Assembly (NCBI GenBank): GCA_964588875.1
Contig: CAZPRE010000001.1
Span: forward strand, 1-46,131
DNA: 46,131 nt
Reading direction: 5' to 3'
Source of the DNA: an uncultured Sulfurimonas sp.
GTDB lineage: Bacteria; Campylobacterota; Campylobacteria; Campylobacterales; Sulfurimonadaceae
Below are positions 1 to 8,873 of this stretch, in pieces (positions within the stretch are counted from its first letter, which is position 1; each line of letters starts with the position of its first letter). The translations under genes were made by a program, and so were the position numbers. The notes under the pieces are model-generated. The model had not been told where the DNA came from, made no database searches, and saw nothing but the letters and a program-made list of their open reading frames with translations.

Positions 1-439
1 CAGAATAACAAGAGTTATAAATAGCTTTGTTTCCATTTTTCTTTTGTGCTTTTTTTATAGCTTTAGTTGCTAAATCTAAGGCTGTGTCCCAAGAAACTCT
101 TACAAACTCTTCTTTACCTCTTAAATCGCCTCTGTCTTTTCCTTCTAAATAACTTTTTCTAACACAAGGATATTTAACTCTAGAGTCAGTCATTACTCTA
201 TCAGTAATACCTTTCATCATAGCAGTTGGGTTAGCATCTGAATCAAGTTGAGGAGTTATATCTACAATTTTACCTTCCCTTACATGTGCAAAAAATGGTC
301 CAAAATGCGACGCATGCGGAATCTTAACCGTTCTAACTGCAAACTCTTTTGCCATAGCACCACTCATAGTTCCACTACCTATAATTGCCGCTGCACCTAC
401 TGCACTAGTTTTTAAAAAACCTCTTCTTGAAGTATCCAT
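1..439 (-). CDS. Tat-exported molybdopterin oxidoreductase, TMAO/DMSO/biotin-sulfoxide reductase (TorA/TorZ/BisC) type; 5' part only, runs off the window
   Basis: Not in the ORF track. Hand translation from ATG 439 (AAGGA RBS upstream): MDTSRRGFLKTSAVG...HASHFGPF...SRVKYPCVRKSYL...RGKEEFVRVSWDTAL. Twin-arginine signal; no N-terminal Fe-S cysteines, as in TorA/DorA/BisC. Confidence 0.88.
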   Translation of the reverse strand, partial: MDTSRRGFLKTSAVGAAAIIGSGTMSGAMAKEFAVRTVKIPHASHFGPFFAHVREGKIVDITPQLDSDANPTAMMKGITDRVMTDSRVKYPCVRKSYLEGKDRGDLRGKEEFVRVSWDTALDLATKAIKKAQKKNGNKAIYNSCYS

Positions 440-479
440 AATATCATTCCTTGCTATTGATTTTAAAAATAGTATCAAG

Positions 480-502
480 AATAAGTAGCAAATAAATCGA
501 AT
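480..502 (-). promoter_or_regulatory. 23-bp regulatory box, copy 1, upstream of the molybdoenzyme
   Basis: ATTCGATTTATTTGCTACTTATT on the minus strand, followed 5 nt later by -10-like TACTAT. Exact inverted copy at 608-630. Confidence 0.7.
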
Positions 503-577
503 AAACAATATTGTTCAATTTTTCAATAAAATAATGAATGAAAACATTTATGCATACTATATATAAGGGATTAATAA

Positions 578-598
578 TTATAGATAAATCATCTATAA
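578..598. promoter_or_regulatory. Palindromic operator-like site TTATAGAT-N5-ATCTATAA
   Basis: Perfect 8-5-8 dyad between the divergent genes. Confidence 0.45.
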
Positions 599-607
599 GT
601 TTAAATC

Positions 608-630
608 ATTCGATTTATTTGCTACTTATT
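608..630 (+). promoter_or_regulatory. 23-bp regulatory box, copy 2, upstream of the porin
   Basis: ATTCGATTTATTTGCTACTTATT followed 5 nt later by -10-like TAAGAT. Identical to copy 1 in gene-relative orientation. Confidence 0.7.
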
Positions 631-707
631 TCTAATAAGATTTGAGAATGAAATACAAACTAATAATCTTTATTAGTTCAAAATTCAATTTAAATAAGGA
701 TGAGATT

Positions 708-1943
708 ATGAAAAATTCGAAACTAAGTATTGTAGCTACAGTAGCTATTTTAGGAATATTTTCTGGAGTAAACGCGGGTGAGTTTGACGAGGCATTTAAA
801 AATGGTACTGTTACTGGAGATGCAACTGCTACTTATGAAATGAGAGATCAAGATAAACCGAATCCTGAGGCCATTTACTACAGTGATAGTGCATATGCAG
901 TCGGTTCTGCCGAATTGATTTACAAGACTGCCGATTTTCATAATTTCAGTCTTGCATACGGTCTAAGAGGTTACAAAGTACTTTGGGAAGATGATAAAAA
1001 GTCCATAAGTGGATATGGTGCTTCAGAAGGTACTGGTGATGCTAGTTCAAGATTTTTTAGAATTAATGGTGGTGAACTTGCAGTAACGACTAATGCTTAT
1101 CTAGCATACGATACAGACAAAACTCATGTCAAAGCCGGTCGTCAAGAGCTTAATACAGAATGGATGGATGAACATCATGATGCAGTTAGTATCTATGCTA
1201 ATCCAACTGAAAATCTTGAAGTTGAACTTATCTGGTCAGAAAGCCATTATAGAATGTGGGCAAGAGAGCTATTTTACGGTGGTACAATGGATGGGGTTAT
1301 GGGTAAGATTAACAGTCAAGGAGGCGGACTTTATAAAGCGGGTTTAACTTATAAAATTACAGATTCTCTAAAAGCTAAAGCTTATGCACTTACAGCACCT
1401 GATAACTACTCTGTTTATGGTGGTAAAGTTACTGTTGACACAAAAATAAACGATATTAGCCTCGGTGGTTTTGCTCACTACATGCAAACAGATGAACAAC
1501 TTACTGGTAATGAAGATGGTGAGTTAATAGATGCTAAAGTTTATGTAGGATACTCAGGTTTTACAACAGCATTAGGATACATCCAGACTGGTAAAGATGG
1601 TGGTTGGGGTTCTGCTTATAAAGGTGGCGAAAATGTTGATCCATTTGAAGAAGGTGATGAACTGTATAATTATGTTGCGATAGATTCCCGTACTAGTTAT
1701 ATTACTCTTTCTAAAAGTATTGCAGGTCTAAGTCTAAGCGGTATTTACGGTTTGACGGACTATCGTAGTGTAACAAATAACAAGGACTACTCAAAAAGCG
1801 AATTTTGTGTATGGGCTGGTTACGATATAACAAAAACACTAAATTTAAGTGCAATTCTAACTCTTAACGATGTAGAAAATAATCCTGATTCTAACGAAAG
1901 AGATATGACTCAAGTGAGTACAACACTAGTTTATAATTTCTAA
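708..1943 (+). CDS. Outer-membrane porin, OprD/Campylobacterota major-porin type
   Basis: Start moved to ATG 708 (AAGGA RBS; signal peptide MKNSKLSIVATVAILGIFSGVNA). 'FDEAFKNG', 'KAGRQEL.T.W', amphipathic beta strands, C-terminal YNF. Confidence 0.8.
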   Translation: MKNSKLSIVATVAILGIFSGVNAGEFDEAFKNGTVTGDATATYEMRDQDKPNPEAIYYSDSAYAVGSAELIYKTADFHNFSLAYGLRGYKVLWEDDKKSISGYGASEGTGDASSRFFRINGGELAVTTNAYLAYDTDKTHVKAGRQELNTEWMDEHHDAVSIYANPTENLEVELIWSESHYRMWARELFYGGTMDGVMGKINSQGGGLYKAGLTYKITDSLKAKAYALTAPDNYSVYGGKVTVDTKINDISLGGFAHYMQTDEQLTGNEDGELIDAKVYVGYSGFTTALGYIQTGKDGGWGSAYKGGENVDPFEEGDELYNYVAIDSRTSYITLSKSIAGLSLSGIYGLTDYRSVTNNKDYSKSEFCVWAGYDITKTLNLSAILTLNDVENNPDSNERDMTQVSTTLVYNF

Positions 1944-1958
1944 AAAAAATTAAGAATG

Positions 1959-1990
1959 CAACAGAGATGCTAAGACAGCTCTGTTGTTAT
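1959..1990 (+). terminator. Probable intrinsic terminator after the porin
   Basis: CAACAGAG...CTCTGTTG 8-bp stem with a short T-rich tail. Confidence 0.45.
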
Positions 1991-1998
1991 CAAAAGAC

Positions 1999-2119
1999 TA
2001 TATAGAAATACGGTCTAAGTAGCATAAGTAAATAGAAAAAATTAATACAAACATTCTCTTCTCCTAAATTGGTATGATAATTTAATTCATCTTTTTTGCT
2101 TAGACCGTATCTCTATGTA
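1999..2119. mobile_element. MITE-like or collapsed IS remnant bounded by ~20-bp terminal inverted repeats
   Basis: ATAGAAATACGGTCTAAGTA (2002-2021) vs TGCTTAGACCGTATCTCTAT (2097-2116): 18/20, 12-bp perfect core. Interior has an orphan AGGAG RBS + ATG TTT GTA on the minus strand. No clear target-site duplication. Confidence 0.45.
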
Positions 2120-2282
2120 ATCACTTTAAGAAAAAGACTCCTAGCTAAAAAGTATAAAGCATTCGGACACTTTATGCTAAAATACTGTCACCTAAACGAA
2201 TCAATTATAAGGCTTACTCATACTAGAAGAGAGTTTTAGGGAAGATAGATGTAGAATTGTACAAATATCTGTAGGAGATTTA

Positions 2283-3608
2283 ATGGAGATTATTATTGCG
2301 GGTGCAGGTATGGTTGGTTTTAGACTTGCAACAACACTTAGTGTTAAACATAATGTTACCGTTATCGATAAAAATGTAGATGCAATCCATATGCTTCAAG
2401 AACAGATAGATATTTTTTCTGTAGTCGGGAATGTGGAAGATCCTTCAACTTACAATTCTATTTTAGGAAAGAATGTTGATTTATTTATTGCCGTTACAGA
2501 CAGCGATGAGACCAATATTATTTCGTGTATTATAATAGATGAAGGCCTACAAGTAAAAGACAAAATAGTAAGGCTTAGAAATTCTTTTTTCGCTAAAAGT
2601 TCAATCGCGAGTAAAGTCGGGATTACGGAAGCTGTTTTTCCAATTGCACGAACTGCAAACGCGGTGAAGTCACTCCTTGATTTTCCTAAAGCAACTAGTG
2701 TAAAAAAACTAAATAAAAGTAATTTTCGCCTTATTTCTATACGGGCACAGCATAAGAATCAAGATTATATTCTTGCCCGATCACTCAATTCAAATCACTT
2801 CTCAGTTATTGGTATTGAAAGGAATAAAGAATTTTTTATTCCAAAGTTGAATGATGTACTAAAGCCAAATGATCTTGTTTACTTTTATGGCAGTCCAAAT
2901 GAAATTCAAACTATGTGCTCAAACATGGACACTAAAATGCCAAAAGCAATCAAGAAAATTGTAATTTTTGGTGCTGATCTTCTAGGTATTGAGATTGCAA
3001 AAAAACTTGTAGCTCAGGGTGTAAGCATAAAACTAATAGAAAAAAATCTTGAAAAATGTAAAATAGCTACAGAAATTTTACAAAATGATGTGACAATAAT
3101 AAACAGTCAATATGGAAATGACCGCTTAATTAAAGAAGAGGGTTTGCACAATGCAGATATGATTATTGCAAGTTCTAAAAATGATGAAGAAAATATCGTA
3201 AAATGTATAGAAGCAAAAGAATATGGGGTAGAAAAAGTTGTTGCTATTAACAACGATCCACAAAAGTATGCACTAATGCATAAGTTAGGTATAGTAGTTG
3301 TGAGAGGACAAAAGAATAATGCTTATTATTCAATTATTGAAAAAATAGATTCGAGTTCAATTATTCATGGACGATTGTTTTGTGGAGGAAGTGCCGTGGC
3401 TTTAACAAGAATAATTTATCCAGGTTCAAGATTAATTGAAAAAGTCATTAGCCCGTATGCAGCTAATAAAGTGTATTGTATTTATATTCGTGCAGGTAAA
3501 ATTTCTGCTTTTGATGAACCTTTAATCGTTCAAGTGGACGATTATATTATGTCTTTTTGTACAGCTGATGAGGAAACAAAGGTGAGAAAGTGGATACACA
3601 CTCTATAA
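2283..3608 (+). CDS. trkA: Trk potassium uptake NAD-binding subunit
   Basis: Two RCK/Rossmann domains (IIIAGAGMVG; IVIFGADLLG), 441 aa, overlaps trkH. Confidence 0.9.
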   Translation: MEIIIAGAGMVGFRLATTLSVKHNVTVIDKNVDAIHMLQEQIDIFSVVGNVEDPSTYNSILGKNVDLFIAVTDSDETNIISCIIIDEGLQVKDKIVRLRNSFFAKSSIASKVGITEAVFPIARTANAVKSLLDFPKATSVKKLNKSNFRLISIRAQHKNQDYILARSLNSNHFSVIGIERNKEFFIPKLNDVLKPNDLVYFYGSPNEIQTMCSNMDTKMPKAIKKIVIFGADLLGIEIAKKLVAQGVSIKLIEKNLEKCKIATEILQNDVTIINSQYGNDRLIKEEGLHNADMIIASSKNDEENIVKCIEAKEYGVEKVVAINNDPQKYALMHKLGIVVVRGQKNNAYYSIIEKIDSSSIIHGRLFCGGSAVALTRIIYPGSRLIEKVISPYAANKVYCIYIRAGKISAFDEPLIVQVDDYIMSFCTADEETKVRKWIHTL

Positions 3609-5041
3609 AAAATATTTTTAAATTATTGTCAGTTATTGGTTTGTCACTTTCTGGCTTTTTTTTACTTCCAATTCTATCTGGAGTTATCTCAGGGGAAGAC
3701 TATAGTAAATTTTTACTTTTTGACTCTCTTCTATTTTTTATAAATTTATTTTTCTATCTAATTTTATTAAATCACACAGTTGAACTGAGTATTAAACAGG
3801 GAATTATATTTGTAAATATTGTCTGGGTTTTACTTGCTATTGCAGGATCTATACCGTTTGTGTTATACAGTGATGTAACTACAGCTCAGGCTATATTTGA
3901 ATCAGTGAGTGGTTTTACGACAACCGGTTCTACAATATATGCTGATGTAGAAGTGTTGCCAAAAATGATTTTAATGCATCGAAGTCTTATACAGTGGCTT
4001 GGAGGAATGGGAATTATTGTACTTGGTGTCGGACTTTTTTCTCTTATTAACCCAAGTGGTTCTCTTGCTCTTTTTAAAGCTGAATCGACAGGTGTTAAAA
4101 TGGAAAAGATGACACCCAAAATTAAAGATACCGCCTTACGAATTTGGGGTGTGTATCTCTTACTAACTACACTCGATGCAATTTTGCTAAAACTAGAAGG
4201 AATGACTACATTTGATGCTATAAATCATGCATTTACAACAATTGCTACAGCCGGATTTTCAACAAAGAATGCATCTTTAGGCTTTTATGACAGTCCGTTA
4301 ATACTTTGGACAACAACAGTGTTTATGATAATCTCAGGCATAAATTTTTTAGCACACCTTAGACTCTTTTCGGGAGATTTGCGTGTTTATAAGTCTGAAG
4401 AAGTTAAATGGTATTTTATAGTTTTTATGATTTTATCTGCAATGTTGTCGCTTCATCATATTATGCATAGTTCCGACACTACCATGTATACATTAACTCA
4501 TGCATTCTTTACCGTAGCATCTATTTTAACTACAACAGGGTATGTTGCACTTGATTACTCATTATGGGGACAAGGAGCAACAGCAGTCATTATAATTGCA
4601 ATGCTAGTCGGTGGAAATGCCGGTTCAACAGCAGGAGGAGTTAAAGTCATTCGTTATGTTGTTATTATAAAATCAATTATGGCAGATATCAAGCAAATTA
4701 TTCATCCCAATGCTATTGTAAATATTTTTATTGATAGAAATATGATTCAGAACAAAGTACTGCATTCTACTTATGCCCTTGTTTTTTTATATGTACTGAC
4801 TGTATTTATAGTTATGCTATATCTCTTTGCAAGCGGGTATAACATAATGACTTCATTAAGTACTGCACTTTCAGCCGTTGGGAATATAGGACCTGCTTTT
4901 TCCCTCACAGGACCAGCTCAAAATTATGCTTTTTTTAATAGTGAAGATTTAGCTGTTTTGTCAGTAGCAATGATTATAGGAAGATTAGAATTTTTTACTG
5001 TGCTTTTACTCTTTAGTAGAAGTTTCTGGAAACAATTTTAA
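3590..5041 (+). CDS. trkH: Trk potassium uptake membrane protein
   Basis: FESVSGFTTTG, QWLGGMG, TAGFST, TTTGY, GSTAGGVK, GNIGP and GRLE motifs. Confidence 0.93.
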   Translation: MDTHSIKNIFKLLSVIGLSLSGFFLLPILSGVISGEDYSKFLLFDSLLFFINLFFYLILLNHTVELSIKQGIIFVNIVWVLLAIAGSIPFVLYSDVTTAQAIFESVSGFTTTGSTIYADVEVLPKMILMHRSLIQWLGGMGIIVLGVGLFSLINPSGSLALFKAESTGVKMEKMTPKIKDTALRIWGVYLLLTTLDAILLKLEGMTTFDAINHAFTTIATAGFSTKNASLGFYDSPLILWTTTVFMIISGINFLAHLRLFSGDLRVYKSEEVKWYFIVFMILSAMLSLHHIMHSSDTTMYTLTHAFFTVASILTTTGYVALDYSLWGQGATAVIIIAMLVGGNAGSTAGGVKVIRYVVIIKSIMADIKQIIHPNAIVNIFIDRNMIQNKVLHSTYALVFLYVLTVFIVMLYLFASGYNIMTSLSTALSAVGNIGPAFSLTGPAQNYAFFNSEDLAVLSVAMIIGRLEFFTVLLLFSRSFWKQF

Positions 5042-5123
5042 AATAAGCCCCAAATCCAATACCACTCTGAGGGTTCACACTTCCATCTGTAAATAAAAAG
5101 ATTTTTGGTTTAGTTTTATTCAC
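5041..5123 (-). pseudogene. N-terminal fragment of an RNase H family protein, cut off at the trkH stop
   Basis: GTG 5123: MNKTKPKIFLFTDGSVNPQSGIGFGAYF, matching the RNase H first-strand motif (FTDGS..P..G.G.GAY), then runs antisense into trkH. Confidence 0.65.
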
Positions 5124-5136
5124 AGTTTATTGTGGG

Positions 5137-5292
5137 TTATGTTTCTGTATTTGGAGCCTCTGGAGGTGTAGCTGCATCTTCTTCTGCCCCATCATTCTTT
5201 TTAGCTAGCTTTTTTTTAAGCTTTTCTTCTTTTTTCTTCTTTTTCTCAATCTCACGACCATGTTTCTCATAACTGTAGTTTGTTTTAGCCAT
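5137..5292 (-). CDS. Small Lys/Glu-rich hypothetical protein (51 aa)
   Basis: Not in the ORF track. AGGA RBS; MAKTNYSYEKHGREIEKKKKKEEKLKKKLAKKNDGAEEDAATPPEAPNTET. Resembles small 'MAKPNYSFEKRQRE..KKKK' proteins (from recollection). Confidence 0.7.
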   Translation of the reverse strand: MAKTNYSYEKHGREIEKKKKKEEKLKKKLAKKNDGAEEDAATPPEAPNTET

Positions 5293-5370
5293 TAGTAATC
5301 CTATTTTAATATTTGATAAGTTATAGAGTATAGCGAAGTTTATATCATCTTTGTTGTTGAATTGTCAACT

Positions 5371-5493
5371 TTAGCATATATTAGACAATATATCATACTT
5401 TGATATAAGTGGTAAACCCTCAACTAAAGATTTTTTATCTAATAATTCTCGTCCAAATTCAGCTAATTTGGAATATGTGCTTGCATATTTCAT
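5371..5493 (-). pseudogene. Truncated N-terminus, probably of a GAF-domain protein
   Basis: AAGG RBS + MKYASTYSKLAEFGRELLDKKSLVEGLPLISKY, then an abrupt stop after 40 aa. Recognised from memory as the start of Sulfurimonas-type GAF proteins; unverified. Confidence 0.55.
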
Positions 5494-5558
5494 AATTAAT
5501 AGCCTTTTAGTTTCATTTGTAAATATTATAGTGTAAAATATCGGTAAAAAGGTAAAAG

Positions 5559-5909
5559 ATGCAAGAAGTAATAATATGGCATAACCCACGATGTTCAAAA
5601 TCTCGCGAAGCGATAAGTATTTTAGAAGAAAATGGCTGTAAAAGTGAAGTTATAAAGTACCTCGACACTAAACCAAACGAGAGTGAAATAAAAAATATTT
5701 TAAATATGTTGGGTTTGAGTGCTAGAGAACTTATGCGCACAAAAGAAGCTATTTATAAAGAGTTAAATCTTAAAGAAGAAAAGGATGAAACCAAACTTAT
5801 ACAAGCAATGGCTCAACATCAAAAGCTTATTGAACGCCCTATTATCATTAAAAATGGCAAAGCAATTATTGGTAGACCTAGCTCTATCATCGTAGATTTT
5901 ATCAGCTAA
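5559..5909 (+). CDS. arsC: Arsenate reductase (glutaredoxin), ArsC/Spx family
   Basis: HNPRCSKSR and LIERPII motifs. Confidence 0.85.
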   Translation: MQEVIIWHNPRCSKSREAISILEENGCKSEVIKYLDTKPNESEIKNILNMLGLSARELMRTKEAIYKELNLKEEKDETKLIQAMAQHQKLIERPIIIKNGKAIIGRPSSIIVDFIS

Positions 5910-5910
5910 T

Positions 5911-6348
5911 CTAAACCTTGAGCTTTTCTATACTCACACCATTATCTTTGATGAACTTTGAGATAATTTCGGAGTGAGTATACTCATACTCTTTTGCATA
6001 AACAATTCTTTTTATTCCACTAGCAATTAAATTTTTACTACATTCGCTACAAGGTTCAAGTGTCACATAAATGGTAGCATCTTCTATAGAGATTCCCTTG
6101 CGAGCGGCCCAAATAATAGCATTCATCTCTGCATGTATCTCATAAGTTTTTGACCATTCGTGATGATCGGCTGTATATTCATCATTCCAATGATCACAAC
6201 AGTTTGTAAAACCTGCGGGTGTGCCGTTATAGCCTGTACTAAGAATGCGTCCATCTTTTACAATCACTGCACCAACTTGCTTTGAAACACACTTTGAAGC
6301 AGTAGCTAGCTCTGTAGCTATGTTTATAAAATTTGCATCGCTTAACAT
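5911..6348 (-). CDS. dCMP deaminase family protein (ComEB-like)
   Basis: GYNG, HAEMNA and PCSEC zinc motifs. Confidence 0.9.
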   Translation of the reverse strand: MLSDANFINIATELATASKCVSKQVGAVIVKDGRILSTGYNGTPAGFTNCCDHWNDEYTADHHEWSKTYEIHAEMNAIIWAARKGISIEDATIYVTLEPCSECSKNLIASGIKRIVYAKEYEYTHSEIISKFIKDNGVSIEKLKV

Positions 6349-7185
6349 CTACTCAACCGTTCTTATCATCTTAATACCAGCATTATGACGAAGTCTTGCG
6401 AAGTAATCACCTAAAACCTGTTCGCGTTTACCTGCTTGGATTTGAGAAATGATTTGAGAACGAACACTCTCTATTCCACCCTCTGAAGCTGACTCTATCG
6501 CTTTAATATAAAAGCTCATATACCCGCCCTTTCCATCAGGAACAATTGAAGTAAAACTATTGAGTGGAGTTTTCTCTAAAAGTTTCGCTAACTCTGGTGA
6601 AATTCTATCGTATGGTAGGACCTGCTCATTTGTTTGAATATCTGGAGAATAAAACATCGGATTATCAATTTTTTCTTGAAGTCTTGCCTGCTCTTTTGAT
6701 TGATATATCACAGCAGTAAAAGCACTAGGATGAGCAAAATCATCTTTATGAAGCTCAAAATATTCTTGAATATCGTCTTCACTTGGCTCTGACATTGCCG
6801 CATATGCTATTGCTGAGTAGAGCTTTTGACTCAGTATCTTATATTTGACTTTTGCTTTTAAGTCGGATGAACCCATACCATTTGAATTTCTTACCGCCTC
6901 ATAAAAGTCACTTACACTCATGTTGTTTCTAGCTGCTGTTTTTTTGATGTCATCATACACTTCACCACTGCTTACCGTGATTTTTCTCTCTTTAGTCTCA
7001 GACTGTTCTAGAGATTTACGAATCAATATATCAGAAGCTTTTTTAGCATCAACTTTTGAGACTTCCATCTCTTTTTTAATATCATAAAGAGTTATGGCAT
7101 CACCTTTGACGACAATAGCCACACCATCAACTATACCCGCGTTTAAGGTTACTACAAAAAGAAGAGTTAAGAATATTTTATACAT
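6349..7185 (-). CDS. SurA-like periplasmic chaperone / peptidyl-prolyl isomerase
   Basis: Signal peptide; 'VDGVAIVVKGDAITLYDI' SurA N-terminus; divergent from gltX. Confidence 0.78.
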   Translation of the reverse strand: MYKIFLTLLFVVTLNAGIVDGVAIVVKGDAITLYDIKKEMEVSKVDAKKASDILIRKSLEQSETKERKITVSSGEVYDDIKKTAARNNMSVSDFYEAVRNSNGMGSSDLKAKVKYKILSQKLYSAIAYAAMSEPSEDDIQEYFELHKDDFAHPSAFTAVIYQSKEQARLQEKIDNPMFYSPDIQTNEQVLPYDRISPELAKLLEKTPLNSFTSIVPDGKGGYMSFYIKAIESASEGGIESVRSQIISQIQAGKREQVLGDYFARLRHNAGIKMIRTVE

Positions 7186-7278
7186 ATATGTTCACTTTGA
7201 TTAAAATTTAAAAAGTATTTTACCCCTTTTTAACCAACAATTGCCTAAAATTCCATTATTAAAACTAAAGGCTTTTAC

Positions 7279-8667
7279 ATGGTTGTTACTCGTTTCGCTC
7301 CTTCTCCTACTGGATACTTACATATCGGTGGTCTTCGTACTGCACTTTTTTCATACCTTTGGGCTAAAAAAAATGGTGGTAAATTTGTTCTTCGTATCGA
7401 AGATACTGATAAGGCTCGTAACTCAGAGGAAGCAACTCAAGCTATTTTAGAAGCTTTTGAATGGTTAGGTCTTGAAGCTGATGGTGAGATCACTTATCAA
7501 AGCCAACGCGATGAGATATATGCTAAATACATTAAACAACTTCTTGATGAAGGTAAAGCTTACAAATGTTACATGAGCAAAGAAGAGCTTACCGAGCTTC
7601 GTGAAACTCAAATGGCAAATAAAGAGCGTACTATGTACGATGGTCGTTACCGTGATTTTACTGGAACGCCACCTGAAGGTGTAGAGCCTGTTATCCGTAT
7701 AAAGTCTCCTAAAACTGGTGAGATTATTGTAAAAGATGGTGTTAAGGGTGACATCTCTTTTCAAGCAGAAGATATCTTAGATGATTTTGTAATCGCTAGA
7801 GCTGATGGAGCTCCGACTTATAATTTTGTTGTTGCCATAGATGATCACCTGATGGGAATCAACCAAGTTATCCGTGGAGATGACCATCTCTCAAACACAC
7901 CTAAACAAATAATCGTTTATGAAGCTTTAGGCTTTGATTTGCCAATGTTTAACCATGTACCTATGATTCATAATGCTGCTGGAAAGAAACTTTCTAAACG
8001 CGATGGTGCAACTGATGTTATGGCTTATAAAGAGATGGGTTACACACCACAAGCACTTCTAAACTTTCTTATACGTTTAGGCTGGTCACATGGAGATCAA
8101 GAAATTTTTTCTTTTGATGAAATGATAGAACTTTTCAATCCTAAAGATATTAATAAATCAGCGTCTATCTATAACACTGAAAAGCTTGACTGGTTAAATT
8201 CTCACTACATCAAAAACACTTCAAACACAGAGCTTGCAGAGCTCTTAACACCTTATGATGTTATACTCACTTCACATGACAAAAAAGAGATTTTACTTGA
8301 TGCTTTAAAAGAGAGAGCCAAAACATTAAAAGAACTAGCAGCACTAGTTACTGAGATAGTAACAACTCCTGATTCTTATGATGCAAAAGCAATTAAAAAA
8401 GCTTTTAAAGAAGACACTATTGGAATTTTAAATAGTTTTGGAGCAAAAATATCAGCAGCAGATGAACTACACCTTCCAGGTGATTACCATCATCTTATGG
8501 AAGAAGTTGTTAATGAAATGGAGATTGGTTTTGGAAAGATTGGTATGCCTCTTCGTGTAGCACTTCTTGGAAAAATGGGTGGACCAAGTGTAGATGTTGT
8601 TATGTCCGTTATTGGTCGCGAAGAGACTATGCTTCGTATTGCAAACGCAATAACTGCTAACACTTAA
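7279..8667 (+). CDS. gltX: Glutamate--tRNA ligase
   Basis: RFAPSPTGYLHIGG, RIEDTD, IRGDDH, KLSKR. Confidence 0.97.
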   Translation: MVVTRFAPSPTGYLHIGGLRTALFSYLWAKKNGGKFVLRIEDTDKARNSEEATQAILEAFEWLGLEADGEITYQSQRDEIYAKYIKQLLDEGKAYKCYMSKEELTELRETQMANKERTMYDGRYRDFTGTPPEGVEPVIRIKSPKTGEIIVKDGVKGDISFQAEDILDDFVIARADGAPTYNFVVAIDDHLMGINQVIRGDDHLSNTPKQIIVYEALGFDLPMFNHVPMIHNAAGKKLSKRDGATDVMAYKEMGYTPQALLNFLIRLGWSHGDQEIFSFDEMIELFNPKDINKSASIYNTEKLDWLNSHYIKNTSNTELAELLTPYDVILTSHDKKEILLDALKERAKTLKELAALVTEIVTTPDSYDAKAIKKAFKEDTIGILNSFGAKISAADELHLPGDYHHLMEEVVNEMEIGFGKIGMPLRVALLGKMGGPSVDVVMSVIGREETMLRIANAITANT

Positions 8668-8676
8668 AATCTAATC

Positions 8677-8710
8677 ACAGAGTGTTTAACTTACAATCAC
8701 TCTGTTTTTT
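8677..8710 (+). terminator. Intrinsic terminator of gltX
   Basis: ACAGAGTG-N13-CACTCTGT followed by a T tract. Confidence 0.7.
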
Positions 8711-8802
8711 ACCTTATGGCAATCGCTATTGCAGTACCAATGTATGTTTGTGCCACAGCCTCTCTTCCAATTGCGGCCGCATTAATGGTTGCAGGAGTAT
8801 AA
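8710..8802 (+). pseudogene. Internal sliver of an ArsP_1/SO_0444-family metal permease
   Basis: Reads YLMAIAIAVPMYVCATASLPIAAALMVAGV*. PMYVCATAS.PIAA is the signature of this permease family. Confidence 0.75.
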
Positions 8803-8873
8803 TTATATTTTTGACATCAACTCAATCTTAATGATATACTACATCACAAAACCGTACCTATCAAAAGAGAGAC

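Noticed and set aside
642-707. ORF-track start of the porin at TTG 642
   Set aside because: It lies just after the predicted -10 and has no RBS. ATG 708 has AAGGA and begins the signal peptide.
2131-2240. Moco or c-di-AMP riboswitch assignment for the trkA leader
   Set aside because: I could not match the consensus motifs by eye. Kept only as an unassigned possible structure.
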